A stretch of DNA of 64,000 nucleotides from a virus. Location of the stretch: positions 1 to 64,000 of the IMG/VR virus record IMGVR_UViG_3300049846_000848. One strand, given 5' to 3'. The notes beneath the pieces were generated by a model. It was not told the origin of the DNA. It saw only the letters and a program-made list of their open reading frames with translations, and searched no databases. Below, in pieces: positions 1 to 8,109 of this stretch. Position numbers and translations under genes: made by a program. The first letter of the stretch is position 1, and each line of letters opens with the position of its first letter.

Positions 1-44
1 CGGGCAATGAGCTAAGTGATTGAATATTGGCTATGGTTATAAAT

Positions 45-73
45 TTGTTTTTTGAGTTTTTAGCCGCTAGATT
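45..73 (+). promoter_or_regulatory. candidate sigma70-type promoter for structured RNA 1
   Basis: TTGTTT(45-50)-17 nt-TAGATT(68-73); predicted +1 near 80-82, where the closing stem of the 81-494 element begins. Confidence 0.45.
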
Positions 74-80
74 AACTTTT

Positions 81-494
81 TGGCTACCAAAGAGATGCGC
101 TAATTCCCTATATAGTTGATTCTTAAGATTTAGATTAGGAGTTATGATCAAGGTAGGGACTCTTAAGGCATTTATGGCTAAGGCTATCACCCAGGACTTA
201 CCTACTCCGGTCGGGAGTATTCCTACCCCTCTATGATGAGCTACTAAACCTGTTACTACGGCGTCTTGTTCTACGTAAGGCGTGCCCCCTAGGTTACGTT
301 TAAAACGCACCTTATGGTCTATAATCGAGTCTGGTGGGGGCTTACGATGATCGACTATGCGGCAGGGGGTGACTCTACTGATCTTAGTAGAGATCTCTTC
401 GGCTAGTCCGCTACCAAACTCACCCTTAGCGGTTATGGCATGGATACGTACAGGGTACTGGGCGTGCTTGGTGGCATCTCTGTCTAGGTAGCTA
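81..494 (+). ncRNA. candidate large structured ncRNA 1 (family unassigned)
   Basis: No ORF >=60 aa; ends pair (81-88/487-494, 91-98/474-481); internal helices 152-159/220-227, 203-208/214-219, 262-268/276-282, 284-289/336-341, 364-380/385-399, 408-413/427-432; G-U wobbles work on the + strand. Confidence 0.6.
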
Positions 495-576
495 TAAGCT
501 AGTCGTAACTTAGCTAGTAGGCTACGGTCTAGGTTCTTGATCTGCGATGTAGAATTGTTTACGTGGATCTCTACCA

Positions 577-960
577 TCAGACTACCACTACCTTGTTACC
601 ACAAGTATTCAATGCATCCATTAGCTCTGATTCTTTTAGAGATAGTTCTTTAAACTCAGTAAGCTCCTCTAATTCCAATGGTTTAGATATCTTAAACCTA
701 GACTTCTTAACCATCCCTATAGTTAAACCCAGTACTTTCCTATTAGAGAATAACTGTACGGCTTGATCACTGTTATACTCACGCACCATTCGGTCTATCG
801 ATTCTAGGTATGAATCCTTACCGTAAGGACTAAGTTCTCTATGTTTAGTAAACTCCCATAGAAGTAAAGACCTCTTACGAGCCATACGTAAGGTGTTCAT
901 ACGTGAACGTACCTTTCTCAGTTCTTGTTTAATGATTGATTGGACACTCTTAACCTGCAT
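577..960 (-). CDS. hypothetical basic protein (127 aa) lying between the two candidate ncRNAs
   Basis: ORF with AGGAG RBS and its own promoter; Arg/Lys-rich N-terminus RKVRSRMNTLRMARKR. Confidence 0.7.
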   Translation of the reverse strand: MQVKSVQSIIKQELRKVRSRMNTLRMARKRSLLLWEFTKHRELSPYGKDSYLESIDRMVREYNSDQAVQLFSNRKVLGLTIGMVKKSRFKISKPLELEELTEFKELSLKESELMDALNTCGNKVVVV

Positions 961-977
961 ACAGATCTCCTGTCACT

Positions 978-1006
978 AGTGTAGCAGGGTAGATAGGCAG
1001 AGTCAA
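978..1006 (-). promoter_or_regulatory. sigma70-type promoter for ORF 577-960
   Basis: minus strand TTGACT-17 nt-TACACT. Confidence 0.7.
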
Positions 1007-1009
1007 TAG

Positions 1010-1429
1010 GTGATATTTAAGGCACTGTTACTGAAATTAGACCTGACATGGCCAGTCCCATAGTTCTTAGCCTCCGTATATAACTATTATAACTTCAGTT
1101 AAACAGTTACATGCGATTGAGCACTAAGTACGGGGTATCATGGTCATCACCCCTAGTTAGTTGCTTGGTTTTACCTCGTTATAGCCGTGCTAGGATTTAA
1201 CATTGGTTACGGAGGACCTAGCCTGAAGAACTACTACCAGAAAGACAGGTAGCTATAACAAAGCGTATATTCCTTGCAGCAGAATAGTTAACCTAGGTGT
1301 TACTCTCCGTTGGGACTGTGTAGCTGGACCTACTTGAAATAACCCTAATTATTTCATCTATTCCAGATACTTGGTAGCCGGCATAACACTGGTAGACTAA
1401 CCTCTTTGATACTCAATAAAGAATATCAC
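1010..1429 (-). ncRNA. candidate large pseudoknotted ncRNA 2 (family unassigned)
   Basis: No ORF >=60 aa; ends pair (1010-1017/1422-1429); helices 1033-1040/1397-1404, 1053-1060/1311-1318, 1061-1068/1226-1233, 1071-1078/1208-1215, 1174-1186/1251-1263, 1189-1194/1217-1222, 1335-1342/1349-1356; G-U wobbles work on the - strand; promoter +1 falls at the 5' end of the closing stem. Confidence 0.7.
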
Positions 1430-1434
1430 TAGTA

Positions 1435-1463
1435 ATCATACGATTAATTCAACGATATGTCAA
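1435..1463 (-). promoter_or_regulatory. promoter for ncRNA 2 (sigma70 consensus, also matches the late motif)
   Basis: minus strand TTGACA-17 nt-TATGAT; context CGTATGATTACTAG is one mismatch from the late motif CGTATAATTACTAG. Confidence 0.75.
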
Positions 1464-1489
1464 CTACTTAAACCCATAAATAATAACAC

Positions 1490-1518
1490 TTGACTGTACT
1501 AAATAAACATTATATACT
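1490..1518 (+). promoter_or_regulatory. sigma70-type promoter of the replication operon
   Basis: TTGACT-17 nt-TATACT; AGGAGGT RBS follows before ATG 1557. Confidence 0.8.
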
Positions 1519-1556
1519 GATCCTAGCCAAACTAAACCGAAGATAGGAGGTAACTA

Positions 1557-2129
1557 ATGGCTAATTATTCAAGAGTAAGTGACAAGAGTCTTTATTGCAA
1601 GATTGTGGCTAAGCCCACCAAACAAGGTGAAGTGAGTGAAGCTACCGGCTGGTATGTAGGTGGTACGCTACAGACCGGGGTTAAGTACAAGAACAAGCAA
1701 TTTACGTGCCATCTATTGCGGCCTAATGGTCAAGTCATCGGGGTTAACTTTACTCCAGGGGCTACTAAGCAGTACCTTAATGGACAACTAGCTCTATCTG
1801 AGTTGGTAGGTAAGTTCGTATCGATTAAAGCCGGAGAGACGGTTATGACTGAGCGAGGTCCTTTTACTCAGTTAGAGATCAGCGAGAAGCCAGCTCCAAG
1901 TGAGATGCCAGCTAATGACATCAAGATCTGTCATTTCGTAGACTTAGACGCAGTTAAGAGCGGACAAGGATTGCATAAGCGACCTACCGCAGCTAACGTG
2001 TCGGCTGAGGATATGGATGGACTAGCTGACGATGATGATGTATCGTCAAATCAAGCATTTACAGAAGCAGCTAGCAGCGTAGCTAGCAGCGCTAAGCCTC
2101 AATTTAATTCTAACCCATTTGCCGACTAG
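1557..2129 (+). CDS. probable single-stranded DNA-binding protein
   Basis: beta-rich N-terminus, acidic low-complexity tail ending in NPFAD, first gene of the replication module. Confidence 0.55.
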   Translation: MANYSRVSDKSLYCKIVAKPTKQGEVSEATGWYVGGTLQTGVKYKNKQFTCHLLRPNGQVIGVNFTPGATKQYLNGQLALSELVGKFVSIKAGETVMTERGPFTQLEISEKPAPSEMPANDIKICHFVDLDAVKSGQGLHKRPTAANVSAEDMDGLADDDDVSSNQAFTEAASSVASSAKPQFNSNPFAD

Positions 2130-2160
2130 AAGGTTCACCTCCTCCCCCTCTAGTTGACAT

Positions 2161-2187
2161 AAGAGCCCCCTTAACCGGGGGCTTTTT
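2161..2187 (+). terminator. intrinsic terminator
   Basis: AAGAGCCCCC-TTAACC-GGGGGCTTTTT. Confidence 0.8.
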
Positions 2188-2228
2188 CATTTTATGATTT
2201 CGTGATATTATATTTATAGGAGGTAGTC

Positions 2229-4202
2229 ATGCGCTATCGTTTGATCCCAGCTAAGTGGAAGAAGGAAGAGGCTAAGGCCCAAAGTAAGGTACCGCCCAAG
2301 ATCCTAGAAGGAGAGTTCAACAATAACTCCCTAAAGCTGTATAACCGCGAAGGGTATAATATATACTTCTTTCCTAATGATTCTAAGACTAATAACTCTA
2401 AGGATGGGTGGTTTAGTGGCGAGGATATAGACAACTTTAAGTGGGTGTTTATAGACATAGACTTAAAGGATAAGGTTTATGCATCTATCACTGAGGCCGT
2501 GGATAAGATAAAGTCTTTTGAGCTACCGGCTAACGTGATAAACATTACGGGCAATGGAGTGCATGCATTCTGGCGGTTAGAGGATCTAGATGCGTTCAAC
2601 TACGTAACACTACAACAAAAACTCATAATACACTTTAAGTCAGATCCCAGCATCTACACTGTACTACAACTAATGCGAGTGCCTGGGTACTACAATACTA
2701 AAGACCAATACAATCCTAAGTTAGTGGAAACTATCCAACAAGATATGACTAAACGCTACAAGGTTAGTGACTTCGGATTTCTACCGGAGTTAGACGCTCT
2801 ACATAAGAGCCTAGTAGAAACTCACCTAACCCCCGCAGCAGAACGAGTGAAGAGAATTGAACTAGCTAGCACCGAACTACCTAGTAGGTTTACTGAACTA
2901 CTAAATAGGTCGGAACAAGTTAAAGACTTATTCTTATGTAAGTTTGGAGAAGATAGGTCTAGCTCGCTATGGCGGCTATGTCACATGTTAGTAAAGATGA
3001 ACTACGAAAGAGAAGAGATATTGCGAGTAGCCATTAACACCGATAAGGGTAAAGAGAAGGGAGCTGACTGGGTACAGAAGTATATCATGGATGATCTATT
3101 CACTCATGACATAAGAGGTCAAAAGGTAAACTTCCAGTGGCGTACCTTGGAAGAGGTTAAGACTAAAGCCGCCACTACGGTCAACTCCACTGTATTTAAG
3201 ATACCTACCACCCAGCTATGTCCATTCGACTATGGCTACAGGCCAGGCGACGTACTGGGCCTAATAGGTGGCTCTGGGGCAGGAAAGTCTACTGTATGCC
3301 TCAATATCATTAGAGAAGTAGCTGAGGCTAATCCTGATTTCGTGCATGTTTATATCTCATTAGAGATGAGTGAAGAGGAGATCTACGATAAGGTACGAAA
3401 ACAAGTAGGGGCGACGGAAACTATCCTACCTAAGATCATAATCATATCTAACGAGAACGACGACGGTACTTATCGCAATCTATCCCTACAAGATATCAAC
3501 GATAGTCTAACCCAGATTAAGAACGTGACAGGTAAGGCTATCGGGGTAGTAGTGTTAGATAATATTAACATCATGGATAAAGGACTAAGATCTAAAGGCG
3601 GCAGAGAATCTTACGAGAATGCTAACTTAATGCAGATATGCAAGGACATTAAAGAAGTAGCCCGCACCCAAGAAGTGTTCTGGATTACTCAATCCCAGTC
3701 TAGCCGAGAAAAAGCCGGGGAAGGCGACCTACCGCTGTACCAAGATGCCGCGTATGGTACCAGCAAGTTTGAGAACTTCTGTACTTTCGTTATCACATTA
3801 TGGCAGCCATTAAAGAATCAATATGGAGCCATAGCCCAGGATGATACTATCTCTAATAGAAATCTAAGAGTTATAGCTTTAAGATACTGCAAGAATCGCT
3901 TCCAGAGTGTAAACGATAAAGCTTTAGTAGGTGAAATAGGTTTACTTAAATATGATTTAGTTACAGATAGGTTCTCTAAGATGGACGAAAGAGACATGAT
4001 CATATACCATAAATATGAAGTACTAGCTAAAGATATAAATAAGAAAAAGAAGTCAGAAAGGGATATGAATATAGCTAGTTTTACTATCCCTACGGCAGCA
4101 GGTAAAGAGGAGAGTGCTAAGTATGATACCATCCACAAGCTTAGGGCAGAAGTATTTTCAGATAATAACATCGAAGTCACAGCTAAGCCTACTAACCAGT
4201 GA
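2229..4202 (+). CDS. primase-helicase fusion (RepB/AEP-like primase plus SF4 DnaB-like helicase)
   Basis: FIDID, TGNGVHAFW and MRVPGYYN primase motifs; Walker A GGSGAGKS, YISLEMS, VVLDNI, TQSQ. Confidence 0.85.
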   Translation: MRYRLIPAKWKKEEAKAQSKVPPKILEGEFNNNSLKLYNREGYNIYFFPNDSKTNNSKDGWFSGEDIDNFKWVFIDIDLKDKVYASITEAVDKIKSFELPANVINITGNGVHAFWRLEDLDAFNYVTLQQKLIIHFKSDPSIYTVLQLMRVPGYYNTKDQYNPKLVETIQQDMTKRYKVSDFGFLPELDALHKSLVETHLTPAAERVKRIELASTELPSRFTELLNRSEQVKDLFLCKFGEDRSSSLWRLCHMLVKMNYEREEILRVAINTDKGKEKGADWVQKYIMDDLFTHDIRGQKVNFQWRTLEEVKTKAATTVNSTVFKIPTTQLCPFDYGYRPGDVLGLIGGSGAGKSTVCLNIIREVAEANPDFVHVYISLEMSEEEIYDKVRKQVGATETILPKIIIISNENDDGTYRNLSLQDINDSLTQIKNVTGKAIGVVVLDNINIMDKGLRSKGGRESYENANLMQICKDIKEVARTQEVFWITQSQSSREKAGEGDLPLYQDAAYGTSKFENFCTFVITLWQPLKNQYGAIAQDDTISNRNLRVIALRYCKNRFQSVNDKALVGEIGLLKYDLVTDRFSKMDERDMIIYHKYEVLAKDINKKKKSERDMNIASFTIPTAAGKEESAKYDTIHKLRAEVFSDNNIEVTAKPTNQ

Positions 4203-6210
4203 CCTAAAAGGTCGTGATGAATACATAGCTTACGACTTAGAGACTACTGGTCTTAATCCAAGGAAGGATAAGATCATAGGTATAGCCTTAGCTTATGGAG
4301 ATCTAAGTCATGTTAGATGCTATTATCTAGCTACTAGGGTATGGGATAAGGTACGTCAAGAGTTAGTTAATACCGAGATCTTAGAAGACATGCCTCAATT
4401 CTTAATTGATTATGTCAAGCCCTCTAAACTAATAACCCATAACGGAGTATTCGATGTTAACTTCACCTACCATGATTTTGAAGTAGAATTAGCCCAGTCA
4501 GTATATTCAGACACTCAGATGCAGCGTCATACTATAGATCCTACCTGCTCCACTAGATTCGCATTAAAAGAATTATCTAATAAGTATTGGCCCGGAGCTA
4601 GCCAAGAGCAGGCTGATTTAGCTGATTCAGTGGTAGCTAATGGTGGAATGTGGAAGGGTAAGCAAAAAGAGTTCTATAAAGCCAATTTAAAAATACTAAA
4701 ACATTATGCTTGCCAAGACGTATTCCTAACTCTAAATCTATTTCATTTACAAAATAAACAACTAGAAGAGATGCAGCTAACCGACTTGTTCTATAAAGAC
4801 GAAGTCATGCCACTATACCGAGAGTGCACTATTCCGATGAATCGCTATGGTCTTAAGATTGATATGGATAAACTGGCTAGGATTAGCCATGATATGCAAA
4901 ATACTATTAACAATATCACCAAAGAGATCTACGATGAATTAGGTGATATCTATCCTCCATTTGAAAAAAAGAAGAAACTAAACATAAATAGCAACATGCA
5001 TGTGGCTTGGCTATTATTCGCTCATTTTAAAGAGTTTCCAGAAGCTTTAACTGATGCCGGGGTAGAATTAGCTAAACGAATATCAGGCAAACGACCTTAC
5101 AATAAATCTGATATGTTGCAATTCTTATTAAGAGCTCGCGAGCAAGGGCACAACATATACAAGCTTGTATGCGTAGACGCAGATAATATAACTGAATACG
5201 CACCTAAATATAAATGGATAGATAACTTATTGAAATTAAAGAAAGAAGAGAAACTATACTCCTCCTACGTAGAATCAATAGGTGAGATGGCAGAGAATGG
5301 ATATATCTATCCACAATTCCTACAATTCGGTACCGTCACTGGTCGCTATAGTTCCTCTAAGCCTAATTGCCAGAATATCCCCCGCAAAGATGATAGGATT
5401 AAATCATTCATGATGGCTGACGAGGGTAAGTTGTTTATAGCAGCTGACCAGTCACAACTAGAACCTAGGGTACTAGCGCACTTAACTAAAGATCCTTTAA
5501 TGATTGCGGCTTTCCAGAACGGATTAGACTTCTATTCGGTTATTGGAATACAAGCTATGGGGCTAGACACTACTAAGTTTAGTGCCGATCCTAAGCTACC
5601 TAACTTCCTAAAAAACACCAAAGAAGGTGTAATGTATCGAGATACGGCTAAGGTCATCGCCCTAGCTACTGCCTATAATACCTCCAGTTTTCAAATGAAG
5701 CGCAGCCTAAAGAAGATGGCAGGACTGATTAGATCTATAGCTGAGACTCAAGAGATTATAACTAACTACCTAGATTCATTCCCCTCTATTCGTAACTACA
5801 TGGATAAGATGAAATCAGTAGCCATGAATAATGGAGTATGCTACAACATGTTCGGGCGTATAAGACAGATGCCAGTAGCACAGAGGCTAGCAGTTTTGGG
5901 CAAGACAGAGGATAACGACTATAACCTTAAAAGAGAGTTAAACGTCGCTTGTAATTACCCAATCCAATCAACCGCCTCGTCTATAATGAATAGATGCATG
6001 ATAGCCGTAGCCAAAGAGATACAATCCCATCCTGAATGGGGAGCTAGGATCGTGCTACAAGTCCACGATGCCCTGTACTTAGAGGCTAATGAGGAGTATG
6101 CTAAAGAAGTAGCTAATATGTTACAAGATAAGATGGAGAATACAATTAAGTTAAGATTACCATTAGAAGCAGTACCTAGCATTGGTAAGTACTTGAAAGA
6201 TTGTAAATAA
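4114..6210 (+). CDS. polA: family A DNA polymerase with 3'-5' exonuclease
   Basis: DLETTG, HNGVFD and YACQD exonuclease motifs; TGRYSSSKPNCQNIP, ADQSQLEPRVLAH, NYPIQSTA, QVHDA; start may be the ATG at 4123. Confidence 0.95.
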   Translation: MLSMIPSTSLGQKYFQIITSKSQLSLLTSDLKGRDEYIAYDLETTGLNPRKDKIIGIALAYGDLSHVRCYYLATRVWDKVRQELVNTEILEDMPQFLIDYVKPSKLITHNGVFDVNFTYHDFEVELAQSVYSDTQMQRHTIDPTCSTRFALKELSNKYWPGASQEQADLADSVVANGGMWKGKQKEFYKANLKILKHYACQDVFLTLNLFHLQNKQLEEMQLTDLFYKDEVMPLYRECTIPMNRYGLKIDMDKLARISHDMQNTINNITKEIYDELGDIYPPFEKKKKLNINSNMHVAWLLFAHFKEFPEALTDAGVELAKRISGKRPYNKSDMLQFLLRAREQGHNIYKLVCVDADNITEYAPKYKWIDNLLKLKKEEKLYSSYVESIGEMAENGYIYPQFLQFGTVTGRYSSSKPNCQNIPRKDDRIKSFMMADEGKLFIAADQSQLEPRVLAHLTKDPLMIAAFQNGLDFYSVIGIQAMGLDTTKFSADPKLPNFLKNTKEGVMYRDTAKVIALATAYNTSSFQMKRSLKKMAGLIRSIAETQEIITNYLDSFPSIRNYMDKMKSVAMNNGVCYNMFGRIRQMPVAQRLAVLGKTEDNDYNLKRELNVACNYPIQSTASSIMNRCMIAVAKEIQSHPEWGARIVLQVHDALYLEANEEYAKEVANMLQDKMENTIKLRLPLEAVPSIGKYLKDCK

Positions 6211-6219
6211 GGAGTATGT

Positions 6220-6897
6220 ATGACATTTAAAGTAGTAGCATTCTGTGGCCCTGCCGGATCAGGTAAAGATACCTGTCACCAAATTCTAGCTGAATTAGGG
6301 GTAGTTAACCCTACTAAGATAGCTTTAGCTGGAACTTTAAAGAACTTATGCTCAGAATTCTTTCGCATCCCTATGAATTATTTTGAGGATAGAGATCTAA
6401 AAGAGAAGCCCTTTGATTATAGTAGACCATTAACTGAGCCTCAATTATATGAATTGATAGAGTTTATTTATGCTATCCTTCCTTATGATAGGGACAAGGT
6501 AGGTAATCTATCTAAGCATATAGGAGTATCATTTAGATCTCCTAGACATCTATTACAGTATGTTGGTACTGACATTATACGCAACACCTTAGACGTAAAC
6601 TGGCATCTTAGAGCTGCATTTTCTGATCCTAATAAGAAAGGTGTGTTCGCGGTGACTGATTGTCGCTTCGTATCTGAGGCCCAGTTTATTAAAGACTTTC
6701 TAGGTGATAATAGTAAAATATTCTTTGTTGATAATCCAAGGATTACAGTAGACTTATCGCATCCCTCAGAGGCTGAAGTACTTAAAGTTAAGGACTTATC
6801 TGGGGTCATCCGCATAGACAATAGTGGGGATCTTAATGATCTTAGGCTAACTATAGCTAAACAATTCCTATCTAACGCAGGAGATCTTATATGGTAG
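6220..6897 (+). CDS. deoxynucleoside monophosphate kinase
   Basis: P-loop GPAGSGKDT; SPRHLLQYVGTD, VTDCRF, HPSE. Confidence 0.85.
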   Translation: MTFKVVAFCGPAGSGKDTCHQILAELGVVNPTKIALAGTLKNLCSEFFRIPMNYFEDRDLKEKPFDYSRPLTEPQLYELIEFIYAILPYDRDKVGNLSKHIGVSFRSPRHLLQYVGTDIIRNTLDVNWHLRAAFSDPNKKGVFAVTDCRFVSEAQFIKDFLGDNSKIFFVDNPRITVDLSHPSEAEVLKVKDLSGVIRIDNSGDLNDLRLTIAKQFLSNAGDLIW

Positions 6898-7166
6898 AAT
6901 GGTTGAAAAATAATAAGTGGTTATTCTGGATAGTGCCTATTATTTTAGGCGGTATTAAGTTGATTAATTTAATTAACTCTGTTAGACTAAATAAAGCTGA
7001 CTCCCAACTCAAGGACGCATTAGACGCGGGAGCGGACTCAAAGAAGAGTCAGGCTGTGCATGAGGCGCGGTCTGACTCTCATCTCGAACGAGCTAACGAA
7101 CTACGAGATAGGAGAGGTAGTCAAGCTGATGCTGGTTTAGACTGGCATAAGAACTATAAGGAATAA
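6891..7166 (+). CDS. membrane-anchored hypothetical protein
   Basis: N-terminal hydrophobic helix followed by a charged helical tail. Confidence 0.6.
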   Translation: MVEWLKNNKWLFWIVPIILGGIKLINLINSVRLNKADSQLKDALDAGADSKKSQAVHEARSDSHLERANELRDRRGSQADAGLDWHKNYKE

Positions 7167-7168
7167 TT

Positions 7169-7552
7169 ATGAGAACATTATTAATATGTTTATTAATGAT
7201 CTATAATCAGGCATATTCCTGCGACTTCTCCTCCATCAAGCAAATTGATGGGGGATTTCTCTATCCACCAGAGTGCCACCGTACAGTGGGCAATGCCATG
7301 CAAGAACGTAAACTATTGAAACAAGAGAACGAAGAACTACGTAAGGCTATTACTTTTAAGGACTTAGCTATTAACGAGGCTAATGTTAGAGCTGATACCT
7401 TTCAAAAGGTAGCTATGGACAATACTGAGCGTATGCATGCAATGTCATCTAGTAGTCAAATCAAGGATATACTGACATTCTCTGGTGGAGTTGTAAGTGG
7501 ATTAGCTTTAGGTATAATCAGTACTAAGATTGCAGTGGAGGTAATAAAATGA
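7169..7552 (+). CDS. exported coiled-coil protein with C-terminal TM helix (spanin candidate)
   Basis: signal-like N-terminus ending AYSC, central coiled coil, hydrophobic C-terminus. Confidence 0.45.
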   Translation: MRTLLICLLMIYNQAYSCDFSSIKQIDGGFLYPPECHRTVGNAMQERKLLKQENEELRKAITFKDLAINEANVRADTFQKVAMDNTERMHAMSSSSQIKDILTFSGGVVSGLALGIISTKIAVEVIK

Positions 7553-8109
7553 GTGTTATAAACGTCTTACCTAATCCGTTGTTAGTTAACGTAGTTAAGC
7601 GACCAGATGATGGATTAGCTCAAGGTAGTTATGTTGTCACTGAATTCAAGATAAATAAAAATGAGAGACATCAAGCTGCTCTAGATGAGTTATTCGCTAA
7701 AGTAGATGAGGTATCTCAAGAAGTAGCCTTCTTCAAGAGAGGTGCTCATTCAGTAAAGTCCTGCGTATCCGATGATAGTATATCATTAATGATATTTAGC
7801 AAGTTACCTAATGGTAGTCGATTCAAGATAGCTCATAGTGATAAGCGTAGTTTTGCATTCTATCAAGATATCGTAGATATGCGATATGATGGAGATGCTA
7901 CTGCTACCTTAGCAGTAGTCGGTGATAGTATGACTTTCAAGATAGCAGAGGATATTGATATCAATGCACCTCAACCATTATGCTATAACTACCCTGAAGC
8001 GGTGCTATGGGACTTGTTAGAGTTTATAAACGTATTATCAATGCATATATTAGTGGAAGGCTTTGAAGAAGGGATTCTAATTGGCCCAGCTATAGTGGAG
8101 ATAGAATGA
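7549..8109 (+). CDS. hypothetical protein
   Basis: 186-aa ORF, GGAGG RBS, ATGA overlaps at both ends. Confidence 0.7.
   Translation: MSVINVLPNPLLVNVVKRPDDGLAQGSYVVTEFKINKNERHQAALDELFAKVDEVSQEVAFFKRGAHSVKSCVSDDSISLMIFSKLPNGSRFKIAHSDKRSFAFYQDIVDMRYDGDATATLAVVGDSMTFKIAEDIDINAPQPLCYNYPEAVLWDLLEFINVLSMHILVEGFEEGILIGPAIVEIE

Noticed and set aside
351-432. Group I intron-like core in RNA 1 (GACTA 353-357 and TAGTC 404-408 around a P8-like hairpin, followed by a P9-like hairpin)
   Set aside because: No AAGAUA J8/7, no recognisable P/Q elements, a mismatch beside the would-be G-binding pair, and no interrupted gene. Kept only as a hint for a covariance-model search.
563-766. 67-aa + strand ORF
   Set aside because: Antisense shadow of 577-960, which has a promoter and RBS; low-complexity translation.
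1391-1406. RNase P-like GAGGUUAGUCU near the 5' end of RNA 2
   Set aside because: It deviates from GAGGAAAGUCC, the 3' conserved region is absent, and the segment pairs well with 1033-1040 instead.
1010-1429. tmRNA identity for RNA 2
   Set aside because: No tRNA-like acceptor or T-arm ends and no CCA.
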